64,000 nt of DNA from contig JANLRZ010000218.1 of assembly GCA_031362155.1 (NCBI GenBank), positions 9,940-73,939 on the forward strand, written 5' to 3'. Position numbers and translations under genes: made by a program. The notes below the pieces were generated by a model. That model did not search any database. It saw nothing but the letters and a program-made list of their open reading frames with translations, and was not told where the DNA came from. Below are positions 36,266 to 44,477 of the stretch, in pieces; position 1 is the stretch's first letter, and every line of letters begins with the position of its first letter. The DNA comes from Acidimicrobiia bacterium. GTDB lineage: Bacteria > Actinomycetota > Acidimicrobiia > IMCC26256 > JAENVU01.

Positions 36266-37276
36266 CTATTCCTCGAACAACACCGAGTCCACGAGGGATT
36301 CGCTCACGAATCCTCCCTGCGGATCGAAGCGGTAGTTCGCCAGATCCTTGCGGAACTCGAGGTTCATATCGGGTGCGCCTTCGCGGTTCTTCTCGACGCT
36401 CATGATGACCCAGCGCTTGAACTGCTCCGCGCGGACCGGGTCATAGGCCAGATGCGACTTCGAGATCGCCACTGCCTTTTCGTTCATCAGAATTGCGATG
36501 TCGGATTCGTGGGCCAATGCGGTCGAGCCCCGCAGGTGGTGGAGCCGGAGCCGGCGACTGGTGAGACCATCGCGATCCGATGCGGCCAACGCAATGACCG
36601 GCACCTCGACCACCATCGCGAGCTCCTTGAGGCGTTCGGTCAGGTGGGTCGTCCGTTCCTCGGTGCTGGCGGTGTTGCCGGTCATCGGGACCTTCTGGAG
36701 GTAATCGACGAAGAGCGCGGTCGGCCCGGATCGGTGCTCCGACACGATGTGCGCGAGCTCCACCACGCCGGTGCGCATGCCCGAGCCCTGGACGAGGTGA
36801 AGCCGCGGCCCGTACGCCTCGAGGCGGTGGAACGCTTCCTCGCCGAGCGGATCAGTGGTGAGCGCGGACGCCGGCAAGGCGCCGAGGGCGACTTCCTGGG
36901 CGATGGTCCGGAGTCGTGTGAGTTCGACGATCTCGTCCGGTCGAGCGAGGCTGCCGAGCTCCATCGCCAAGAGTCGTCCAAGGAGCGAGTGCGGGGAATG
37001 CTCGTAACACACGAAGATTGCGGTGTGTCCCTGCATGGCCATCCACCGCGCCCACTGCAGCGCGGCAACGGTCTTGCCGATCCCGGGCCGGCCGCCCAGC
37101 AGGACGAGGTCCTGAGCCCGGAACCCGCCGTTCAAGACGTCGTCGAGTGGTTGGAAACCCGTTGGAAACTGGACCGAACGTGCCTGTGGCGCGGCGGGGC
37201 CGAGCCCGGCGAGCAGGTCGGCCGCGGTGGCCTTCGCCACGTGGTTGGTCTGGTCTGTCTGTAGGTCGACCATCAT
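36266..37276 (-). CDS. Stand-alone DnaB-C-terminal-domain / KaiC-like RecA-superfamily ATPase, last gene of the Tad operon
   Basis: PTGFQPLDDVLNGG, Walker A GGRPGIGKT, Walker B ALFVDYLQ, LRGSTALAHESDI, VEKNREGAP. It lacks the DnaB N-terminal domain (336 aa). The ATG overlaps the tadC stop (ATGA at 37273-37276). Confidence 0.75.
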   Translation of the reverse strand: MMVDLQTDQTNHVAKATAADLLAGLGPAAPQARSVQFPTGFQPLDDVLNGGFRAQDLVLLGGRPGIGKTVAALQWARWMAMQGHTAIFVCYEHSPHSLLGRLLAMELGSLARPDEIVELTRLRTIAQEVALGALPASALTTDPLGEEAFHRLEAYGPRLHLVQGSGMRTGVVELAHIVSEHRSGPTALFVDYLQKVPMTGNTASTEERTTHLTERLKELAMVVEVPVIALAASDRDGLTSRRLRLHHLRGSTALAHESDIAILMNEKAVAISKSHLAYDPVRAEQFKRWVIMSVEKNREGAPDMNLEFRKDLANYRFDPQGGFVSESLVDSVLFEE

Positions 37277-38193
37277 CCGCCTCCGAGGTTGGTGTTCGCG
37301 ATTCGGACAGCCGCAGGGCCGGCGACGACAACGAAGAGTGCGGGAAGGATGCAGAGCACGACGGGGAAGACGATCTTCACCGGCATCTTCATCGCCCGCT
37401 CTTCTGCCCGGATGCGACGCTTCTCGCGCATTTCGTCGGCCTGGACTCGCAGTACCTGCGCGATCGGGATCCCGTATCGCTCGGCCTGGATGAACGCGTG
37501 GACAAAGGAGCGCAGGTCCTTGACATCAGTGCGCTCGAGGAGCGACTCGAGCGCCCGGTCACGAGTGACACCGATCTGGATGTCCTGGAGCGTGCGACCG
37601 ATCTCCTGGGGCAGTGGTCCGTCGTTCTCGGCGATCTTGGACATCGCGGCCTCGAAGCCCAATCCGGCCTCGACGCAGATCGTGATCTGGTCGAGCACAT
37701 CCGGCAACTCTCGCTCGATCGTTGCCTGCCGATCCTTGGCCCGCAGGTCCATCAGATAGTCGACGGCGAAGTAGCCGATGAAGAAGAGCACCGCCCCGAG
37801 CAGGGCGCTGAGCAGCGATGGGTTGGCGACGAACGCCAACGCCCCGGCGGCGCCCATGACGAAGGCCAGCATGACTTTGACCGTCAGCAGTCGCTCCGTC
37901 GGCCAGGAGTCGGAGAGTCCGGCGAGAAAGGCCCGGCGTTCGAGGTGTTCCATCACGCCCTGGGGCGTGACTCGCCGCGCCCGGGCCACCAGGCGATTCA
38001 TGATCGGCGTCCACACTCGATCCGTGGCCGATTGGGCGAGGGTCGCCTGACGCAGGTTGGTCATCGGCGTGCCGGCATGCGCCAGGTTGGAGCGTGCAGC
38101 GCGGCCTTCGACCTGCATCCCACTGAATGCCCACCACGCCACGGGTGCAGCGGCCGCGATGGCGAATGCAGCGAACCAGATTCCGATTGGCAT
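37273..38193 (-). CDS. tadC: Tad/Flp pilus inner-membrane platform protein TadC (T2SS-F family)
   Basis: ATG 38193 preceded by aggagag. N-terminal TM, a cytoplasmic helical domain (ELPDVLDQITICVEAGLGFEAA, QAERYG) and C-terminal TMs. Positioned after tadB. Confidence 0.8.
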   Translation of the reverse strand: MPIGIWFAAFAIAAAAPVAWWAFSGMQVEGRAARSNLAHAGTPMTNLRQATLAQSATDRVWTPIMNRLVARARRVTPQGVMEHLERRAFLAGLSDSWPTERLLTVKVMLAFVMGAAGALAFVANPSLLSALLGAVLFFIGYFAVDYLMDLRAKDRQATIERELPDVLDQITICVEAGLGFEAAMSKIAENDGPLPQEIGRTLQDIQIGVTRDRALESLLERTDVKDLRSFVHAFIQAERYGIPIAQVLRVQADEMREKRRIRAEERAMKMPVKIVFPVVLCILPALFVVVAGPAAVRIANTNLGGG

Positions 38194-38203
38194 TTGAACT
38201 CTC

Positions 38204-39184
38204 CTAGAAGACGAGACGCGTGATGCGCTTGAGCCACAGCGCACCAACGGTCATGAATCCGGCGGCCGCGATCAGCATCACGACCCCGATCGAATGGGTG
38301 GTGAGCTCGCTGATGTAGGTCGGGTTGAGGATGGTGATCACCAGCAACATCGCGACCGGCAGGATCAGCAGGATGAGGGCCGAGAATCGGCCTTCGGCGC
38401 TGAGGGCCTTGATCTGACGACGGATCCGGTTGCGGTCCCGGATGGTTGCGTAGACGTTGTCCAGAACCTGGGCAAGGTCGCCACCGACCTGGCGGTGGAT
38501 GTCGATGGCCTGCACGACCCAGTCGAAGTCCTCACTCATGACGCGGTCCGCCATGGCCTCCAGAGCCTCGTGGACATCACGGCCGACTCGGGTCTCGACG
38601 ACCAGACGGTGGAACTCTTCGGATGTCGGCGCCTCGGATTCGCGGGCAACGGCATCGAAGGCCTGCATGATCCCGAACCCGGCTCGCAAGCTTCCACCCA
38701 TGAGGGGGAGCGTCTGCTCGAGTTGGTCGGCGAACTTCTCCGATCGGCGATGGGCCAGCGTGGCGAGCCCACTCCGGCACACGACCGGAACCAGTGCACC
38801 CAACGCCAATCCGAGGAGGAGATTGACCAGCGCCGCGGTGACGGCGAAGACCGCGAAGGTCACGGTGGTCGCGAGGACGACGAACTCGCTCGGCCGCATC
38901 GCGATGCCGGCGCGCTCGAGCGCTCGGTTCAGGTTGCTCCCGCGCTCGTTCCGCTCGAGCGACCGCTCCGCGGCTCGGGTGGCGTGTTCCCCCAACGTGG
39001 TGATGACCGAACCGTTGCGAACGCCCTTGATCGACGCGCCGGCGATCTGGCTCCGTGCCGCTCGGGGCGCGAACGCCAGCACGAGTCCGACGAGCAGGCC
39101 GAGGAACAAGACCGCAACTCCGATCCACAGTGCGGCCGAACTCTGGTACCAGGCGGGATCGCTCCCGGTGAAGGCGAGCGTCAT
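38204..39184 (-). CDS. tadB: Tad/Flp pilus inner-membrane platform protein TadB (T2SS-F family)
   Basis: TM - cytoplasmic domain (LEQTLPLMGGSLRAGFGIMQAF, IHRQVGG) - TM architecture. The ATG overlaps the tadA stop (ATGA 39181-39184). Confidence 0.8.
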   Translation of the reverse strand: MTLAFTGSDPAWYQSSAALWIGVAVLFLGLLVGLVLAFAPRAARSQIAGASIKGVRNGSVITTLGEHATRAAERSLERNERGSNLNRALERAGIAMRPSEFVVLATTVTFAVFAVTAALVNLLLGLALGALVPVVCRSGLATLAHRRSEKFADQLEQTLPLMGGSLRAGFGIMQAFDAVARESEAPTSEEFHRLVVETRVGRDVHEALEAMADRVMSEDFDWVVQAIDIHRQVGGDLAQVLDNVYATIRDRNRIRRQIKALSAEGRFSALILLILPVAMLLVITILNPTYISELTTHSIGVVMLIAAAGFMTVGALWLKRITRLVF

Positions 39185-40599
39185 GACCGAACCTTTCGGT
39201 TCGCGGCGACGAGGGTGATCTCCGCAGCGCCGAACAGATGCGCGGGGAGTTCGATGCCGTTGTCACGGAGTCGGTCCGAGAACTGCGGCCGGAGCCCCGT
39301 GCTGATCGGTTGTCCCCGGAAGAAGCCGTGCTCGTCGATGCCCGCGGCGTAGTCGAACTTGTACAGGTCGGCGAGCGTGATCACGTCACCTTCCATGCCG
39401 CAGACCTCGCTGACCTGGGTCACGCGACGGGTGCCGTCTCGCAGGCGGGTGAGGTGGATGATGACGTCGACCGCCGAGGCCACCTGCTCGCGGATTGCTC
39501 GAACCGGTAGGTCCATGCCCGCCATGAGCACCATGGTCTCGATCCGGGCGAGCGCATCGCGCGGCGAGTTGCAGTGGAGGGTGGTCAACGAACCATCGTG
39601 GCCGGTGTTCATCGCCTGCAACATGTCGAGGGCTTCCGCGCCGCGGACCTCCCCGACAATGATGCGGTCCGGCCGCATGCGGAGCGAGTTGCGAACGAGA
39701 TCCCGGATGGTGACCTGGCCCTTTCCTTCAATGTTCGGCGGGCGTCCTTCGAGCCGAACCACGTGTCGTTGCTTGAGCTTGAGTTCGACCGCGTCTTCGA
39801 TGGTGACGACGCGTTCCTCCTCGGGAATGAAGCTCGACACGACGTTGAGCAACGTGGTCTTCCCGGTGCCGGTCCCGCCGCTGATGAGGATGTTGAGCCG
39901 ACCGCTCACACACGCCTCGATCAGCGCGACCATTTCGGGAGTCAGCGTGCGGCGGTCGACGAGGTCGTCGGGGCTGAACGCGTGGTGCGAGAACTTTCGA
40001 ATGGTCAGCACCGGACCGTCCACCGCCAAGGGCGGGATCACTGCGTTGACGCGGGATCCGTCCGGCAGCCGCGCATCGACCATCGGGGACGATTCGTCGA
40101 TGCGGCGCCCGACCTTCGACACGATGCGCTCGATGACCTGACGGAGGTGGTCCTCGGACAGATATCGCGAGTCGGTCAACGTGAGTTGGCCGGCGCGCTC
40201 GACGTAGATGCCGTCGGTCGCGTTGACCATGACCTCGGTGACGGTCGGATCGGCCAGGTAGCGTTCGATCGCGCCCAGACCGAGGACGTCGTCGGTGACC
40301 TCGGCCACGACCCGTGAGCGTTCGGCCGCCGAGAGGGGAAGCTGCTCCGATTCGATGACCCGTCCGATTTCCTGGACGACCAGCGCATCGAGCTGTTGCT
40401 CGGACAGTGACGAGTCGTACAGCCGCTGGCCCATCCGGGCGAAGAGCGCATCCTGGGCTCGGCGCTTCAGCGCGGCGAACGGGTCATGCACGGTGGGCGC
40501 GCTGTCGGATTCCGGCGCGACGTTCCGAGAGTGAGGAAGCGTCGAGAGCGGAGTCGGAGACTCGGCCCGAGCCGCCTTCAGTCGATCCGAGAGGGTCAT
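39181..40599 (-). CDS. tadA: Tad/Flp pilus secretion ATPase TadA/CpaF
   Basis: ATG 40599 overlaps the tadZ stop (ATGA). Walker A ISGGTGTGKTTLLN, Asp/His boxes (RVVTIEDAVEL, IIVGEVRGAEALDMLQAMNTGHDGSLTTLH). The 173 codons upstream in ORF 39181..41118 are out-of-gene. Confidence 0.92.
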   Translation of the reverse strand: MTLSDRLKAARAESPTPLSTLPHSRNVAPESDSAPTVHDPFAALKRRAQDALFARMGQRLYDSSLSEQQLDALVVQEIGRVIESEQLPLSAAERSRVVAEVTDDVLGLGAIERYLADPTVTEVMVNATDGIYVERAGQLTLTDSRYLSEDHLRQVIERIVSKVGRRIDESSPMVDARLPDGSRVNAVIPPLAVDGPVLTIRKFSHHAFSPDDLVDRRTLTPEMVALIEACVSGRLNILISGGTGTGKTTLLNVVSSFIPEEERVVTIEDAVELKLKQRHVVRLEGRPPNIEGKGQVTIRDLVRNSLRMRPDRIIVGEVRGAEALDMLQAMNTGHDGSLTTLHCNSPRDALARIETMVLMAGMDLPVRAIREQVASAVDVIIHLTRLRDGTRRVTQVSEVCGMEGDVITLADLYKFDYAAGIDEHGFFRGQPISTGLRPQFSDRLRDNGIELPAHLFGAAEITLVAANRKVRS

Positions 40600-41813
40600 C
40601 GGTTGTCCTTCCGTCGGCGGAATGTGCCGGTCGTCGGGCTGGGTGGGGTTGGTGCGGCGTCGCCCATCAGGCGCTCCACCAGTTGGGTGAGCGAACGACT
40701 CACTGGCGACTTCTGGGCGCCCTCGAGCAGTGGGATGCCTTGGTTCATGGACAACGGCACCGACCGGGAGCTCGGGATCGAGACGCTGATTTCGAGGCCG
40801 ACAGTTCCCTCGATGTCTTCGGCGGAGAGTCCGACCCGTGCGTCGGCCCGGTTGAGCGCCAAGTGCCGCCGTTGGGTCGTCAAGCCGAGCAGATCGAATG
40901 CCTCGATCTCTTTCCGAACCGCTCGGGCACTCGCGACGTCGGTTCCCGCGACGAGGACGAGGTCGGTGGCGGATTCCATCGCCGCGAGCGTGTTCTCGTC
41001 CAAACCCGCGCCGGTGTCGATGACCACGAACCGGAACTCGCCGGCCAGCAGCGTCAGGATTCGGTGGATGTCCTCCGTGGTGACCAGGTCGGCGCCGGCA
41101 GGAGTGTGCGGTGCGCACAACACATAGGCGCCGCTCGGGTGGGAAGTCAGAAACGCCTTCAGAGTCGTGGCGTCGAGCGCGGCGCCCTGGGCCACGGCAT
41201 CGGTGATGGTGAACTCGGGTGCCAGGCGCATGGCATTGCCGACGTCGCCGAACTGCACGTCGAGGTCCACGATGACGGTCTCGCCGTTCGCAGCGTTCGC
41301 GAGCCCGACGGCGAGGTTCGACGCAATCGCAGTCTTGCCCGCGCCGCCTTTGGGCGAGACGACAGCAATCGTGCGTTGGTCGTTGGTTTCGACGGTCGTC
41401 TCGGCGTGCGTTTGGAGGCGTTCGGCCGTCTCGATCGCGGTGTCGAACGCGGACCGCACGTCGCCGAGGTCTGATGTTGGATCGACGATGTCGCGTACAC
41501 CCGCTCGGAGCGCTCGTCGGTAGAGCTCCGGTGTCGGCGTGGCAACGAGCAGGACACAGAGGTCGGGGCGGGCCCGATCCAGGTCCGTTGCCACCTCGAG
41601 CGCGAGGTCGGTGTCGATCCCCGGGCCGAGGGCGACCACCTGGGCGCGGTGGTCCTCGACGGCTTTCAGTGTCGCGGTTGCACCCTCCGAGCCGGAGATG
41701 GGCTCGGCCCAGGTTGTGAGCTCACCGTTGAGAGTGCCCTCGAAGGAGTCCCGGACTCGGGCCTCCCACGCCGGCTCGCTGGTGGCGAGAAGCATGCGGG
41801 TGGAGGAGCTCAT
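40596..41813 (-). CDS. tadZ: TadZ/CpaE: pseudo-receiver N-terminal domain + ParA/MinD-family ATPase
   Basis: Deviant Walker A VVSPKGGAGKTAIASNLA, DLDVQFGD, FVVIDTGAG. The N-terminal ~120 aa are REC-like. The ATG overlaps the cpaB stop (ATGA 41810-41813). Confidence 0.8.
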   Translation of the reverse strand: MSSSTRMLLATSEPAWEARVRDSFEGTLNGELTTWAEPISGSEGATATLKAVEDHRAQVVALGPGIDTDLALEVATDLDRARPDLCVLLVATPTPELYRRALRAGVRDIVDPTSDLGDVRSAFDTAIETAERLQTHAETTVETNDQRTIAVVSPKGGAGKTAIASNLAVGLANAANGETVIVDLDVQFGDVGNAMRLAPEFTITDAVAQGAALDATTLKAFLTSHPSGAYVLCAPHTPAGADLVTTEDIHRILTLLAGEFRFVVIDTGAGLDENTLAAMESATDLVLVAGTDVASARAVRKEIEAFDLLGLTTQRRHLALNRADARVGLSAEDIEGTVGLEISVSIPSSRSVPLSMNQGIPLLEGAQKSPVSRSLTQLVERLMGDAAPTPPSPTTGTFRRRKDNR

Positions 41814-42622
41814 TTGGTGACCGTGCTCCGCTGCTGAGCGATGGAGGGGGTCTCGGCGACGTCGCTCGGTTCGATGGACAACCAGAGGCGACCGAACTCC
41901 AGGGCGTACACCATCCGCTCGGTGGCGGTCGGGTCCAACGCCAAGGTGACCAGCATCTGACTCGAAGGTGCATTTCCGGGCTTGTTCGTGTCGGCGGTCT
42001 TCTCACCGCTGGTGTCGTCGGAGGTGGTCACGGTGCCCGTCAGCTGGACGTTGGTGACCAGCACCTTGTGGAGGATCAAGCGGGTCGAGCTCAACGACGA
42101 CTTGCCGTCCGCTACGGTCACGCCGTCGATGTTGAGATCGCGACCGGTGTTGTTCTGGTAAGGATCGAACGACGCCAACACCGCGACCCGGGCGCCCGGA
42201 GTGACCACCCCGCCGAGAACCCGTTGCGGGTCGAGGGCGATGGTCGTGCGCAGGAGGCCGGGCGGCACCTGGACATTGGCCCCGGTGGCGGAGAAGTTGC
42301 TCTTGGCGACGAAGCGCGTGCTCAGCACTTGCTCGCCCGCAACCAACGTCGTTCCCGCCACCTTGTTGCCGAGGGCCTTCACGCTCGTCGCCGCGCCATC
42401 AGCCATGACCTTGCGGCTGATCGACTCGAGGCCCACCCGATCGCCGAGCTCTTTGGCGGGGGTGCCGGCCGGAACCGATTCCTTGACGACGAGCACCTTG
42501 ACCAGTGCCTCGCCGGCCTGGGCCCGGTGTTCGGCCGCGTTCACATAGGTGACGATGCCGATCGTTCCGGCCAGCGCGAGAACCACCGCAACGATGAGTC
42601 CCATGATCCTTCGAGTTTCCAC
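41810..42622 (-). CDS. cpaB: Flp pilus assembly protein CpaB/RcpC (SAF domain)
   Basis: N-terminal TM METRRIMGLIVAVVLALAGTIGIVTYV, then a SAF-like region VKVLVVKESVPAGTP...; 270 aa. In the standard position upstream of tadZ. Confidence 0.8.
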   Translation of the reverse strand: METRRIMGLIVAVVLALAGTIGIVTYVNAAEHRAQAGEALVKVLVVKESVPAGTPAKELGDRVGLESISRKVMADGAATSVKALGNKVAGTTLVAGEQVLSTRFVAKSNFSATGANVQVPPGLLRTTIALDPQRVLGGVVTPGARVAVLASFDPYQNNTGRDLNIDGVTVADGKSSLSSTRLILHKVLVTNVQLTGTVTTSDDTSGEKTADTNKPGNAPSSQMLVTLALDPTATERMVYALEFGRLWLSIEPSDVAETPSIAQQRSTVTK

Positions 42623-42652
42623 GGTGCAACCTTTCTAGAACGGTCGTCTGCC

Positions 42653-43639
42653 TCAGCAGGCGCGACGATCGCTGGTATTGGGTGTAAGGGTGTTGACGTC
42701 GCAGATGCGAACGGCGCGGACGAGGGTGTCGATGCCGCTCGTCGCACAGCAGGTGCCGGAGACGACGCCTCTGGTGAAGACGAGGTCGAGGTAGCGCGCC
42801 GCCTGGGCACCGGTCGTCTGGTAACCGACCAACTTGACGAAGACGAAGGCGACGATGTGGAACTGCGCGTTCGAGCCGTTGCCCGTCGCGGTGTCGAACA
42901 CCGGCAGCACGAACGCCTGACCGGAGTTCTTCAGGAAGGTGAGTTCACTGTCGAGACTGTTCGAGAAGGCGCCGGTGTCGCCGGGGAGGTTGGTGCCGAT
43001 CGTCACGAGGCCGGGGTAGCCGTTGAGCGTCCAGTCCTTGATGTCGTTGTTCGAGTTCGATCCACCGTCGAAGTCCTGGATGCCCCAGTTGCCGGGCACA
43101 TTCGTTCCGCATGCGTCGGGTTGCGACTTGCCGTAGGTGATCCGGATCGTCCCCGAGTCTCCGGTCGGGCCCGACGGGTAGTTGAGCCACTGCTGCATCT
43201 GCAGGTTCGAGTTGATGCAGAGTCCGAACGGCCGGAGGTTGTTGACGCCGGTCGGGATGCCCCATTCGGCGGTCGTGATGGCGTGGATCTTCTTGTTGTT
43301 GACGCCGAAGATGCCAGCGAACGCGTAGTCAACGGTGCGGCTGGCATCGACGGTGACGTTCCCCGAGGTGGGGGTGATGTTCGCGGAGCAACTCTCTAGT
43401 GTGGCCGCGGAATAGTTGCTCGAGACGTAGTCGCCGGCTGCTGACGCGCAGCCGACCTTTCCGGTCGCGTAGTCGCCGGCGGAGGCGAGGGCGGCGCCGT
43501 CGGCCGCGGTCACGAGATGGCGCCGGGCGGTCCAGGCCTGGCCCGCGTCGATGGAGAACGCCGCGAACCCAAAGATCAGGACGGAACAGATCGCGACGAT
43601 CACCGCAACTGCGCCACCTTCATCGCGTGCTACTCGCAT
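42653..43639 (-). CDS. TadG-like pseudopilin / Tad_N domain protein
   Basis: ATG 43639 (MRVARDEGGAVAVIVAICSVLIFGFAAFSIDAGQAWTARRHLVTAADGAALASAG) matches the TadE/G-like N-terminal signature. It overlaps the tadE 3' end by 10 nt. Confidence 0.75.
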   Translation of the reverse strand: MRVARDEGGAVAVIVAICSVLIFGFAAFSIDAGQAWTARRHLVTAADGAALASAGDYATGKVGCASAAGDYVSSNYSAATLESCSANITPTSGNVTVDASRTVDYAFAGIFGVNNKKIHAITTAEWGIPTGVNNLRPFGLCINSNLQMQQWLNYPSGPTGDSGTIRITYGKSQPDACGTNVPGNWGIQDFDGGSNSNNDIKDWTLNGYPGLVTIGTNLPGDTGAFSNSLDSELTFLKNSGQAFVLPVFDTATGNGSNAQFHIVAFVFVKLVGYQTTGAQAARYLDLVFTRGVVSGTCCATSGIDTLVRAVRICDVNTLTPNTSDRRAC

Positions 43640-44058
43640 TTGAACTCGCCTTTGCCGGTCAGCGTCACGGTTTGACTGCCCCAGAGTGGGATGTCCAGAT
43701 TGGTGTTGGCCTTGACGGTGACGGTGACCCGTGCGCCCGAGGCCCGGAGGTCGCAGGGGTTCCCGCTGCTCGGGTTGACCGTGACGACTGGCGACTGCGT
43801 CGTCGGCAGCACCCCCGCCAGTGCGGAGGTGACCTTGTCGTTGACGTCGGTCTGGGTGGACTGCGGAAGCGCCGCGACTCGCGCACCCTCGCGGGCGGCG
43901 GCCTGCAGGCCCTGGAGACGGTTGAAGTAGATCGACCACTGGATGATGCCGAAGACCAGCAGGATCAGAATGGGGAGGACGATGGCGAGTTCAACGGCGG
44001 CGGCGCCGCGTTGGTCGCGGTTGCGGCATTCGCGGTTGCGGTGTTCGAAGTGGTGCAT
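43630..44058 (-). CDS. tadE: TadE-like pseudopilin
   Basis: ATG 44058 preceded by aggag. QRGAAAVELAIVLPILILLVFGIIQWSIYF matches the TadE-family N-terminus with a G/A prepilin-type site. Confidence 0.8.
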   Translation of the reverse strand: MHHFEHRNRECRNRDQRGAAAVELAIVLPILILLVFGIIQWSIYFNRLQGLQAAAREGARVAALPQSTQTDVNDKVTSALAGVLPTTQSPVVTVNPSSGNPCDLRASGARVTVTVKANTNLDIPLWGSQTVTLTGKGEFKCE

Positions 44059-44108
44059 CGTCGACTCCTGCGAGGAGGGCTCGTTGCCGAGTGAGAAGAA
44101 GTCCGTCA

Positions 44109-44137
44109 CCCGGTGCTCGCCGAACGCGAGCACCGGG
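44109..44137 (-). terminator. Strong 12-bp perfect GC-rich hairpin between flp and tadE (attenuator/partial terminator candidate)
   Basis: cccggtgctcgc-cgaac-gcgagcaccggg read directly. It lies 15 nt after the flp stop and about 50 nt before the tadE ATG. There is no clean U-tract. Confidence 0.5.
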
Positions 44138-44151
44138 TCGACGGCAACGTC

Positions 44152-44340
44152 CTAGAGGGCGCTGTTGATCTTGGTGAACGCGGTGTTGATCTTGCCGCCG
44201 AGGGCCGCAACGACCGTGACGATGACCGCGGCGATCAACGCAACGATCATTCCGTACTCAACGGCGGTCGCGCCGCGCTCGTCCATGTCGAACTTGGCGT
44301 TCTGAAGCCGAGTCCAAAGTGCAAGGATGCTGTCGCTCAT
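44152..44340 (-). CDS. flp: Flp-family type IVb prepilin
   Basis: ATG 44340 preceded by aagggaga. The 62-aa product is MSDSILALWTRLQNAKFDMDERG/ATAVEYGMIVALIAAVIVTVVAAL, with the Flp motif G-ATAVEYG plus a hydrophobic helix. Alternative start at 44286. Confidence 0.85.
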   Translation of the reverse strand: MSDSILALWTRLQNAKFDMDERGATAVEYGMIVALIAAVIVTVVAALGGKINTAFTKINSAL

Positions 44341-44477
44341 GTGGTTGTTTCTCCCTTGTCGTGCGAGCGGAGTGCCCGCCCCTTCGTTGGGAGCCACTAT
44401 GAGGGAGAGGTTCGGCGTTGCCATCCCCAACATTCGGGAAACGCGACGACAGGGGTCGTTGGCCCCATGCCCGCGGT

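Noticed and set aside
40600-41118. N-terminal extension of the TadA ORF (645-aa version)
   Set aside because: It overlaps tadZ out of frame and is Arg/Pro/Gly-rich. An ATG at 40599 with an ATGA overlap to the tadZ stop gives a normal ~472-aa CpaF/TadA.
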